From a bacterium (GTDB taxonomy: Bacteria > Zhuqueibacterota > Zhuqueibacteria > Oceanimicrobiales > Oceanimicrobiaceae), in NCBI GenBank assembly GCA_046757025.1, contig JBHHXN010000169.1, positions 1 through 11,146 on the forward strand: a stretch of DNA of 11,146 nt, read 5' to 3'. Both the position numbers and the translations under genes were made by a program. This document shows, in pieces, positions 1 to 7,781 of the stretch. Under the pieces are notes generated by a model. The model saw only the letters and a program-made list of their open reading frames with translations, had not been told where the DNA came from and did no database searches. Numbering within the stretch: the first letter of the stretch is position 1; every line of letters begins with the position of its first letter.

Positions 1-1
1 T

Positions 2-1621
2 GCTGGACTTTTGTGCTGGCGCTTCCAGTTTTCGGTAAACTTCGTAACGGTCCACCATCATCATGCCATAGCGGTCCATGGCAGAGCCAGCCCAGGAAAC
101 AAGCACTTGATTACCCTGATCGTTGGGAACGTCTCTCACGGCATTGATGTGCGGGAACGCGTTGGCGGTGGAGGCATCTGTAATCGATATGACGTCGTTC
201 GCCGGCGTGGTGAACGAATTTGGACCATCGGGTGGGGAAAGAGCAATCAGCCACTCTGAGCTGTTTTCGAACCAGATCAGGTTGCCGGCCGCGTCCACGG
301 TCATGTCAGCCCGACTGCTGGTTGATCCAGATCCAGAAATGTCTTCGAAAATCATCGTGCTGCCACCAGTAGCGAGATCATCGATTTTGTGAATCGAGTT
401 CCATGGATTACCGCCAGGGGGACTACCTGCAGCGTTGGAGAAATAGATTCTATCATCTGTGTTGGTGGTCAGGTCGTCGCCACGATCCAAACCAAATCCA
501 ATCGGACGTCCATTGCCGTTATCAAATCCCACCGGAACAGTCCATTGGCGATCGGCACGAGTTACAGGAAGTGTTCCTGAGATATCATACCTTTCAACTG
601 CCAGTCCAGGATTAATTCCGTCAACCTCTCGACCCCTTCTCAAGGCAACATACATATATCCACTATCATCGATGACAATATCTTTAATGAATATCGCATT
701 TGTATCACCTGCAGTTGTGTCAGGTTCAAAATCAGCAATCAGTTCAAAATTAGCTGGATCGAATGTGGAATCTGCACCTATTGCAGCCCTGACTATTGTG
801 TTTGCCAAGCCCCAATAAATGGTGCGATTAGCTCCTGTACCAACTACATCAATGCCATGTCCCTTTTTCGAAGAATCATCTGAAGTAGTCACAACTGCCA
901 AAGAACTTGCATCTAAGCTCGGTGCAATAGTATAAAGTTTGCTTAACGGATCCAGGCGGTCGGAATAATACAATTGCCCGTCATCATCACTGGTGATCAT
1001 ATAAAGCCGTCCGAGACCGCCATGATCGCGAACGTCAAATGGCGAAAAGCGACTCAAATTCGGTTCGACCTGCTGAAAGCCGGTGCCGTCGGCAAAGAAG
1101 TTCAGCGGACCGCGTTTCAGGCCGCCGCCGCCGCCGTTACCGCCGATGGGATGGCCAAAATTGGGAGCGGCTGGGTTGCGGATGGAAGTACCGCCGCGGG
1201 TAAAAATCACCGTACCCGACCGGGCATAAATAATATCGAAACCGTCATGACCTTTGGAGTCGTTTGCGGTCACTGTAAAGGTATAGTCACCTTCGGGTAC
1301 TGGATTGCCATCGTCACCAATACCAGACCAGGTCACCATGCTCAAGCCCTGCGGATGGGGGCCCGCGTCGATGGTGGCTACGATGTTATTGCCAGCGTCT
1401 GAAACGGTGATGACGACGGAGGTGGCATTTTCGTTCAAGCGAAATACAATGCCCACACCGGGGGTACCGTCGCTTAGGTCGCCGTCAAATGGGGCGCCGC
1501 CCGGATTGACTACTTTGATATCGGATGCAAATACGTTTGCATAAACATGGCTCGAGGTAGCTGTAACGAAGAAACCCATGATGACGATTGTTACAGCAAA
1601 AAGTAATAACTTTTTACTCAT
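2..1621 (-). CDS. Secreted multidomain protein, 3'-truncated by the window edge (>=540 aa): signal peptide, FlgD-Ig-like domain, probable beta-propeller region, start of an FN3/Ig-like 'DVPNDQG' module
   Basis: Translated by hand; it is absent from the ORF track because there is no stop in the window. ATG at 1621 follows AGGAGG (ATTAGGAGGGCAATTATG) and the frame is open to position 2. It reads MSKKLLLFAVTIVIMGFFVTATSSHVYA-NVFASDIKV...GIVFRLNENATSVVITVSDAGNNIVATIDAGPHPQGLSMVTWSGIGDDGNPVPEGDYTFTVTA (FlgD-Ig pattern). Blade-like motifs follow (MITSDDDGQLYYSD, DIVIDDSGYMYVAL, DMTVDAAGNLIWFE), then PHINAVRDVPNDQGNQVLVSW...YEVYRK. Confidence 0.9.
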   Translation of the reverse strand, partial: MSKKLLLFAVTIVIMGFFVTATSSHVYANVFASDIKVVNPGGAPFDGDLSDGTPGVGIVFRLNENATSVVITVSDAGNNIVATIDAGPHPQGLSMVTWSGIGDDGNPVPEGDYTFTVTANDSKGHDGFDIIYARSGTVIFTRGGTSIRNPAAPNFGHPIGGNGGGGGLKRGPLNFFADGTGFQQVEPNLSRFSPFDVRDHGGLGRLYMITSDDDGQLYYSDRLDPLSKLYTIAPSLDASSLAVVTTSDDSSKKGHGIDVVGTGANRTIYWGLANTIVRAAIGADSTFDPANFELIADFEPDTTAGDTNAIFIKDIVIDDSGYMYVALRRGREVDGINPGLAVERYDISGTLPVTRADRQWTVPVGFDNGNGRPIGFGLDRGDDLTTNTDDRIYFSNAAGSPPGGNPWNSIHKIDDLATGGSTMIFEDISGSGSTSSRADMTVDAAGNLIWFENSSEWLIALSPPDGPNSFTTPANDVISITDASTANAFPHINAVRDVPNDQGNQVLVSWAGSAMDRYGMMMVDRYEVYRKLEAPAQKSS

Positions 1622-1753
1622 AATTGCCCTCCTAATTATCAGTGAATGTTTTGTTAAATTAATTGAAGAGAAGTGTGAAAATTAAACAGGCAGGCATTCC
1701 TCCTTTCAGATAATTGTGTGGGGTGAAAATTTCGATTGGGTTAAACAAAATTT

Positions 1754-1782
1754 ATGATAACTAAAGATTCTTTAAATGTCAA
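1754..1782 (-). promoter_or_regulatory. Sigma70-type promoter for the 1621 gene
   Basis: Minus strand TTGACA (1782-1777), 17-nt spacer, TATCAT (1759-1754). It begins 7 nt after the porV-like stop codon. Confidence 0.7.
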
Positions 1783-1789
1783 GCGAATT

Positions 1790-2842
1790 TTAATATTTGA
1801 TGGCAAAAGAAACGAATTTGACGTTTTTTAACCGACCGTAGTCTGCCCAGCCAAAATCAAATTTGAGATTGGCTCCCACCACATCGTATTTCAAACCTAC
1901 GCCAAAGGTCGCCCCTTGTTCGCTGTCGGCGAGAAACAGCGATTTGTAGCCACCGCGCAAAAAGAGCACGTTTTTAAATCCCAGCTCGATGCCGCCGTTC
2001 ACCGACTCGTTGTTGTCATTGGGCTGCAAACCGTCAGCCACCGTCAACACGGACATGTTTTCATTGTCCACCAATTTCCAGGCAATGCCAAAGCGGAAGT
2101 TCAAGGGCATGTCAAAACTTTCGGTTTTGAACTGAGAGGGGACTTCGTCCACCGCCCCCGGTTCGTTAATGGGGGCTTCGTTAAATTTCAGATCCCGGCC
2201 GTCCAGTCTCATCTTCGAGCCAAAATTGGAAATGGAGGCGCCAATTCTTAGATTTTTAAACGGCGTGTCGTACATAACTCCGATATCAAAAGCCCCGCCG
2301 CGGGCGGTTTCGTTGAATATGCTTTCCTGAATATACTTTCCAGTGATGCCGATGGAAAAGCGGTCGGTGAGATTTTTCGAAAAGGTGACGCCCAGCGAAA
2401 TGGAATTGGCGTCCCACACCTGGCCGGTGCCTTCCGGATTGCTGACGGTGCGGACCACCTGTTCCGGCGTGCGCAGGGAAATGACATGCATACCAAAGGA
2501 GCCGATATCCCCGGCGTTAAGTGAAAACGCGGCAAAATCGTACTGGATGTCTGCCAGCCATTCCGCGTGGTTGAAGGTGGCTTCACCGGCACCGCCGATA
2601 CGGGCTAAACCGGCGGGATTCCAATAGACCGAAAGAATGTCGTCCGAAAGGGCAGTGTAAGCGCCGCCCATGGCAATGGGGCGCGCGCCGGCGCCGATTT
2701 TTAAGAAAGTGGCCGCGGTCGTGCCCACCCGGTTTATGGAAGTCACATTCTGCGGATCGGGACCATCCTGGGCATTGGCCTGGTTAAACAAAATAAGGGT
2801 TGTAACCAAAATTAAAAACAATTTTAGATTTAACTTACTCAT
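1790..2842 (-). CDS. PorV/PorQ (UPF0164)-family outer-membrane beta-barrel protein, FadL-like superfamily
   Basis: 350 aa with a signal peptide (…QANA-QD). It has the family N-terminal signature GTTAATFLKIGAGARPIAMGGAYTALSDDILSVYWNPAGLA, amphipathic beta-strands and a C-terminal aromatic residue (VSFAIKY). Confidence 0.88.
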   Translation of the reverse strand: MSKLNLKLFLILVTTLILFNQANAQDGPDPQNVTSINRVGTTAATFLKIGAGARPIAMGGAYTALSDDILSVYWNPAGLARIGGAGEATFNHAEWLADIQYDFAAFSLNAGDIGSFGMHVISLRTPEQVVRTVSNPEGTGQVWDANSISLGVTFSKNLTDRFSIGITGKYIQESIFNETARGGAFDIGVMYDTPFKNLRIGASISNFGSKMRLDGRDLKFNEAPINEPGAVDEVPSQFKTESFDMPLNFRFGIAWKLVDNENMSVLTVADGLQPNDNNESVNGGIELGFKNVLFLRGGYKSLFLADSEQGATFGVGLKYDVVGANLKFDFGWADYGRLKNVKFVSFAIKY

Positions 2843-2919
2843 TAGTCGTCTCTCTCTTTAGAAAGTTAGTAGCTGGCAATTCTAATCAAGGGTAGTGGTT
2901 CAAATAATATAGTTTTATC

Positions 2920-3333
2920 TTAAATTAATGATTGCGCAATGGATTTAAATGCTTCGATTTCTTTAAAATCTTCTTTAATGATGTTGTAGGCCAATTCATG
3001 GTCGATTTTCAAATAATCGTGAACCAAAATATTTCGATAGCCGGTCCATTTTTGAAGTGTTGCCGAAAGGTCCTCACTGAGATAGTCGTGTTCTTGCAAG
3101 ATTTGAAATATTTCTCGAAAACTTCCTGGCGAACCCAGATTTTGATCGGCTATTAAATGATTACCAAGATCGATCAAACATTCTGCCATTAAATGCAAAT
3201 ATCTTTCTGCCAGGTCATGTAGAGCGGCATTTTTCAGAAATTCTTGTTTTTTAAATTTCCTAAACGCTCGAAGTTTGGTAAAATAATCTTCTAATGGGTT
3301 CAAGCGACTCTGTAAAACTTCTCGGGATACCAA
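2920..3333 (-). CDS. hepT: HEPN-domain RNase toxin (DUF86/HepT-like)
   Basis: 137 aa. It contains ERYLHLMAECLIDLGNHLI and the HEPN R-X4-H motif with downstream Tyr (RNILVHDY). TTG start preceded by GGGAG (CGGGAGTAAAACTTG). It lies directly downstream of an MNT gene. Confidence 0.9.
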   Translation of the reverse strand: MVSREVLQSRLNPLEDYFTKLRAFRKFKKQEFLKNAALHDLAERYLHLMAECLIDLGNHLIADQNLGSPGSFREIFQILQEHDYLSEDLSATLQKWTGYRNILVHDYLKIDHELAYNIIKEDFKEIEAFKSIAQSLI

Positions 3334-3775
3334 GTTTTACTCCCGTATCAGTCCTTCTTTTGGCTGCCAAAATATGATATTCACGCAGTGGTTTCGTGTC
3401 GCAAAATTCCTTGATGGTTCTGGTGGTAAATTCAACTCGTTTCTCAGGATTTTTGCAATTTAGTAAAATGCCATGCTTGAGTACTTCATATTTTAGCAGC
3501 AACGAACTATGATTGAGAATGACTAAATCAACCGAGTCAAATTTCACTGCATCCATTACTAAGCCCATCATCCGAATACGGAATTGCCAATCAGCGCGAA
3601 AATCTACTGAATCGCTAACATGAATGGCCACGTCCACATCGCTGATTTTTGTGAATGGCCCTTTTGACAGGGAGCCAAACGCATAGGCAAAGTCAACTTC
3701 CTCGATGGATTGAAATAGCTCGGACAAAATTTGGATTATTTGTTGTTTTGTTTTTATCAATTTTATTGACTCCAC
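3260..3775 (-). CDS. mntA: Minimal nucleotidyltransferase antitoxin (MntA-like, Pol-beta superfamily)
   Basis: Exact GSX10DXD motif (GS-LSKGPFTKIS-DVD) plus VDLVILN and EVLKHG. The start may be GTG 3775 or the in-frame TTG at 3760, which has GGAG about 9 nt upstream. Confidence 0.88.
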   Translation of the reverse strand: MESIKLIKTKQQIIQILSELFQSIEEVDFAYAFGSLSKGPFTKISDVDVAIHVSDSVDFRADWQFRIRMMGLVMDAVKFDSVDLVILNHSSLLLKYEVLKHGILLNCKNPEKRVEFTTRTIKEFCDTKPLREYHILAAKRRTDTGVKLGIPRSFTESLEPIRRLFYQTSSV

Positions 3776-3801
3776 AACTAATCGCGGCCAATTTTTTGCT
3801 C

Positions 3802-3818
3802 AAGCAGCAACCCTGCTT
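3802..3818. other. Small stem-loop at the stop codon of the 1197-aa gene
   Basis: AAGCAG-CAACC-CTGCTT, a 6-bp stem. There is no U-tract on the minus (sense) strand, so it is not a convincing terminator. Confidence 0.3.
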
Positions 3819-6800
3819 TATTTGATCAATGCTAACCGCCCAATTTTTGTGCCCACTCCGGGCGCCTCCACGTGATAAATGTAAACGCCGTAAGCGGTTT
3901 CCTGAGATTCAAAGGTCAGCAGATCCCAGACGGCAAAGCTCAAATTGTCGTCCTTTTCGATGGTATCCACCAACTCGCCGGCGATGGTGTAAATTCGAAT
4001 GGTGCATTCAGGCGGCAGATTTCGGAACTCCACACGCCGGTCATTGCGGATGCCCTGCCGGAAAGTCAATTCGGATTTGCTGAACGCAACGTAGGGATTC
4101 GGCACCACGATGACGTCGTCCAGGGCATTTTTAGCAATCTTGCTGTCAAATGAAACGGCCTGAGTGGTAAAAGTATATTTGTCGCCTTCCTCAAACGGCT
4201 TTTTCGAAAAAACCAAAAAGACGTCGCCGTCGCCGGGATAAATGGGATCGTCAAACGTGACCAACGAATCTGCCGAGCCGTCGGCGGTTTTCAGGGTGTC
4301 GCTGGGGGGTGCAAATTTGATCTGGTAGGTGGTTTCCAGCCGGGTGTTTGGGCGAATGATGACCACGGTTTCCTGATAATCCCAGCGGAAGTTTTTCAGC
4401 CCCAGCACGTTTTCCTGGATAAAGAAATCGACGCGGTCGCCGGTGGCGGTGTCGATGATCTTGAACGGCGCCTTGACCTGGGGCGCGGCGCCCAGCTTGA
4501 TGCTGGAGTCGGCCGGCGCGGTCAAACTGCCGTCGCTGGCAGTGTCATAACCGGCGAAATGAAATTCAAAATCCGTGTCGATGGGTTTGGGGCTGCCCAC
4601 CCTGGCCAGACCCAATTCGATCACTCTCAAATTGGTATTGGAATTTTTAATTTTAAAGCCGCTGCGCGCCGGATCCACGGCGATGGGTTCGTCTCTCACG
4701 AATAAACGCATGCCGTCAAAAACGGCGTTATCATCTTCGTTGTTGAGCGAGGTGCTGTTTGCCACCGGTTTGATCAAAAAAGTGATGTTAAAGGTTTCAC
4801 CGGATGGCAGATCGCCTTGGGTTACCCCGCGGATTTTTCCGGATTCCAGATCGATCTGATACCGTAACGGATCAACTTCGACCCCCGCCTGATCCGTGAC
4901 AGTCACGGAACCTTCCACCAGATCGCAGCAGGAAATTAAATTCACAAAAATCGTATCTCTGGCTACGAAAGAAAGTGTTTGCGGCAGTAAATCGATAACT
5001 GAGTAAGTCATCTGTTTGCTGCCATTGTCCAATTCAACCTCCTCGAAAACTACCTCGTATTTTTTGCCATCGACCACTTCAAAAGGATCTAAAAATTGTA
5101 CTTTAACCGAGCCGGTGGCGTTACCGATTTCGCGAATGGCGAAGTTGCCTTCGGTGTCGGCCAGACCCGGTTCGACGGTACCCACAGCCAGCGCCCCCGG
5201 CACCGCAAGCGCGGTATTGATATCGAAAGTGAACTCGCGGGTGAGGGCGTCCTGGTCGATGGAGCGCTGACTTTCCGATGGCGCGATTTCGGCTTTGACG
5301 TCGCCGTGATCATACGAGGTGACGGCATAAAAATAGGTGACGCCGTTTGTGACGTTGGAATCCACATACGCGTGCACCAGTCCGGTATTGGTGCCTAAAT
5401 TGTAGCGAATGCCGCCGCGGCCGGCATATTCTATATCAGAAAAGCCAGAGAATTCGTTTATCAAATCAAATTGAGCCGGAACGCCGCCCTGTGAATACGG
5501 CACCGAGAGAAACGGATTGCCCTTGCCGTCGGTGATGGTTTTGGTGTCGTTAAAGCTGAAGTCCCGGCTGCGATAGATGCGATAGCCTTCAAAATCGAAT
5601 CCTTTTTTGGGCTCATCGGGATTGGCGCGTGCCACGAATTGATCGAAGGAGGTTTCGGCTCGGGTGTCCCAATAGAGCGTGACTTTGCCGTCGTCCGGCA
5701 CCGCCACTAAATTGGGTTTCAGCGGCGGTTGGGCAAAGCGGTAATCCGACTCGAAAACCTGCTGGGAGATCTCCGCGTTTTGCAGCAATTCGTTGATATC
5801 CACCCCTAAAATCAGGGCGATGGAAAAACGCTGGCTTTCACCCGGCTCCAGGCTGAAGGGGCCGGAGCCGTAGATGAAAACATTATCAGCCTGCTGTTCA
5901 ATTTCAGGAGCCGGATCCTCCGGGCGCTGGTTGGGTGTGGACATGAGCGACCACATGAGCTCGTCGTTTTTTGGTCGATTGTTGCCGCCAAAAATAATGG
6001 CGTTGAAACTGGTTAATCCCAGTTGATCGGATTCGGCGATATCCAGGAATCCAAAGTTGGGTTCACCGCCGTGGAAGCGCATGCCTTCCAGACGGGTTTC
6101 TGAAATGGGTTCTCCAACATCGAGAATGGCGTTACCATTCAGATCCAGGAAATAGAGCTGAGTGGGTTTGCCATCGCCTTCGCCAAAATCGCCGGTACCG
6201 GGAATGCCGTCCACACCGAGATCATCGAATTCCACGTCCCAGTCGCCGTCTTCGTCACCCGACCAGTGCAATTTAGGAGGTCCGTAAATGCCCACGCCGT
6301 CAAATACTTCTGTACCAGCATCGTTAAACGGGCTCTCGTCGATGAGGCCGTCGTTGTCGTTATCCTGGCCATCGAAATTGATGCCCGGGCTCTCTAAAAA
6401 TCGGTATCCGAAAACGCCCGGAATACGGCCGCCATCGCCTCGGTTGTCGTTATCGGATGCAAAGAGCATGTTGCGGGTGTCGAAGGGAAAATTTTCGTTG
6501 AACGCGGAAATAAAGTCCGCATTGTCGTCGGAGAAGTCATTGGGTCCGCCCACGTGCGGGTCGCCAAACATGCCGAGATAAATTGTGTCGAGCTTTTTTG
6601 GGCTGACATTGGTGATGGTATAGACCAGAAAAATTATGTCTTCGGCGAGGGCGTTGTTGAATTGAAAGATGCGCACCTGCAGCTCCAGACCCAGGCCCCT
6701 TTTGGTGGAGTCGTCCGGAAAAGGGTAATACTGAAATTCCGCGTTGTTGAAATCATCCATGACGTAGAAAACCTCTTCGTCCGGCGTGGTAGCGTCGTCG

Positions 6801-7411
6801 CCTAGAAAGGCCGGCCAGACATATCGTCCGAGGGTTTCATTGAAATATCTTTGCGGCCAACTGTCCGGTTTTCCGTCCCGGTCTTCATCCAGGTCGTTAA
6901 AAGTGGCCATCTCATTTGAATTGGGATCGGAGAAACCGACCTTGGGCAGCCAGCCCCACTTTTCGGCGGTGCCGGGACGAAAGTCGCCGTCGGCAACTTG
7001 GATAAAGCCATCGTTTACAATGTGAATCATGCTGTCCGGTATGAAGGCATGCGGCACTTCTGCGGCCACCAGCGGTCCAAACTCATAAGCATATCCCAGT
7101 CCGATGCCTTTGGGCCAGAACAAATCCGCGTCGGTAATGTCCGCGTCAGGTGTGGAAATGGAGCCCATGTTAGTGAGCAGCACTTTGATCTCATTGCCGG
7201 AGATGGTGGTGAATTTCTGCTTCTCATGAATTTCGTCATTTTGCAGGGCGGCGTTGAACGATTTGTAAAATTCTTTCATGATGGCACGACGTTCAGCAGC
7301 CGGCAGGGTTTTTAATTCCGGATTTTTATTTTTTTGACTGAACAAACTCGTGGTCATTACTAACAACAGCAGTAAAATAATTCTTGTAAGGGTGGCTAAA
7401 ATTTTTATCAT
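3818..7411 (-). CDS. Large secreted/surface protein (1197 aa) with Dx[DN]xDG-type Ca-binding loops, an FN3 domain and a T9SS-like C-terminal sorting domain; function unknown
   Basis: Signal peptide MIKILATLTRIILLLLLVMTTSLFS-Q and RBS AAGGA. Acidic loops DEDRDGKPD, DGQDNDNDGLIDE, DEDGDWD, DLNGNAILD. FN3 pattern PPLKPNLVAVPDDGKVTLYWD…FEGYRIYRS…YVDSNVTNGVTYFYAVTSYD (~5730-5305). CTD-like tail VVPNPY…FRNLPPECTIRIYTIAGELV…WDL…GVYIYHV…KIGRLALIK (~4120-3818). Confidence 0.85.
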   Translation of the reverse strand: MIKILATLTRIILLLLLVMTTSLFSQKNKNPELKTLPAAERRAIMKEFYKSFNAALQNDEIHEKQKFTTISGNEIKVLLTNMGSISTPDADITDADLFWPKGIGLGYAYEFGPLVAAEVPHAFIPDSMIHIVNDGFIQVADGDFRPGTAEKWGWLPKVGFSDPNSNEMATFNDLDEDRDGKPDSWPQRYFNETLGRYVWPAFLGDDATTPDEEVFYVMDDFNNAEFQYYPFPDDSTKRGLGLELQVRIFQFNNALAEDIIFLVYTITNVSPKKLDTIYLGMFGDPHVGGPNDFSDDNADFISAFNENFPFDTRNMLFASDNDNRGDGGRIPGVFGYRFLESPGINFDGQDNDNDGLIDESPFNDAGTEVFDGVGIYGPPKLHWSGDEDGDWDVEFDDLGVDGIPGTGDFGEGDGKPTQLYFLDLNGNAILDVGEPISETRLEGMRFHGGEPNFGFLDIAESDQLGLTSFNAIIFGGNNRPKNDELMWSLMSTPNQRPEDPAPEIEQQADNVFIYGSGPFSLEPGESQRFSIALILGVDINELLQNAEISQQVFESDYRFAQPPLKPNLVAVPDDGKVTLYWDTRAETSFDQFVARANPDEPKKGFDFEGYRIYRSRDFSFNDTKTITDGKGNPFLSVPYSQGGVPAQFDLINEFSGFSDIEYAGRGGIRYNLGTNTGLVHAYVDSNVTNGVTYFYAVTSYDHGDVKAEIAPSESQRSIDQDALTREFTFDINTALAVPGALAVGTVEPGLADTEGNFAIREIGNATGSVKVQFLDPFEVVDGKKYEVVFEEVELDNGSKQMTYSVIDLLPQTLSFVARDTIFVNLISCCDLVEGSVTVTDQAGVEVDPLRYQIDLESGKIRGVTQGDLPSGETFNITFLIKPVANSTSLNNEDDNAVFDGMRLFVRDEPIAVDPARSGFKIKNSNTNLRVIELGLARVGSPKPIDTDFEFHFAGYDTASDGSLTAPADSSIKLGAAPQVKAPFKIIDTATGDRVDFFIQENVLGLKNFRWDYQETVVIIRPNTRLETTYQIKFAPPSDTLKTADGSADSLVTFDDPIYPGDGDVFLVFSKKPFEEGDKYTFTTQAVSFDSKIAKNALDDVIVVPNPYVAFSKSELTFRQGIRNDRRVEFRNLPPECTIRIYTIAGELVDTIEKDDNLSFAVWDLLTFESQETAYGVYIYHVEAPGVGTKIGRLALIK

Positions 7412-7567
7412 TTTTTGTTTCCTTATAAATTAATTCTTTCTCAAGGTATGGAAAAGTTACGTTTCAAGTCTCTTCATAAATCCGGGTAAACAGGGGGCGC
7501 TTTTTTGATTAACTTTTCAAAAACCGTTTTACTGCAGAGCACTGGCTTATCAAATTACCACTTTGAT

Positions 7568-7650
7568 TTTAACGCAAAGGCCGCTGACAGCGTAGAGAAT
7601 TTCGCAGAGAGACAACTTTCTCTCTGCGTCCTCAGCGCCTCTGCGTTAAA
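7568..7650. repeat. Imperfect palindromic (REP/MITE-like) element built from CGCAGAG-like units
   Basis: Inner stem CGCAGAGAGA (7603-7612) / TCTCTCTGCG (7619-7628) is a perfect 10 bp. Outer arms TTTAACGCAAAGGCCGCTGA (7568-7587) / TCAGCGCCTCTGCGTTAAA (7632-7650) have one mismatch and one bulge. Confidence 0.75.
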
Positions 7651-7781
7651 TGAAAAGGTTCGAATGTGTAAATAACGCCTCGATCACTCAAATTTTGGAA
7701 TATTAATTGCTTAAAACCGAATTCATCAACGTGATTTTATTTATTTTTGTTAAATTTATCTAAGTGCGAATCTTGAGCAGA

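Noticed and set aside
1121..1135. (GCC)5 tract as a phase-variation switch
   Set aside because: It is a short trinucleotide repeat encoding poly-Gly, so slippage would not shift the frame.
11..1544. Seven short plus-strand ORFs in the ORF track
   Set aside because: All lie antisense to the continuous minus-strand gene at 1621-<2, which has an RBS, a signal peptide and domain motifs.
2843..3817. IS element or integron cassette carrying the TA pair
   Set aside because: I found no transposase, terminal inverted repeats, target-site duplication or attC-like structure by eye.
3818..7411. SusD/RagB call for the gene after the TBDR
   Set aside because: There is no lipobox Cys and no TPR/helical SusD pattern, it is twice the usual size, and it has FN3 and CTD-like beta domains.
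7515..7535. LacI-like operator core AAAACCGTTTT
   Set aside because: Only the core matches. The TG…CA flanks are absent and no clear promoter or second copy is nearby.
7568..7650. CRISPR array or intrinsic terminator interpretation of the palindrome
   Set aside because: There is no repeat-spacer periodicity, no cas genes, and no poly-U tail after the stem on either strand.
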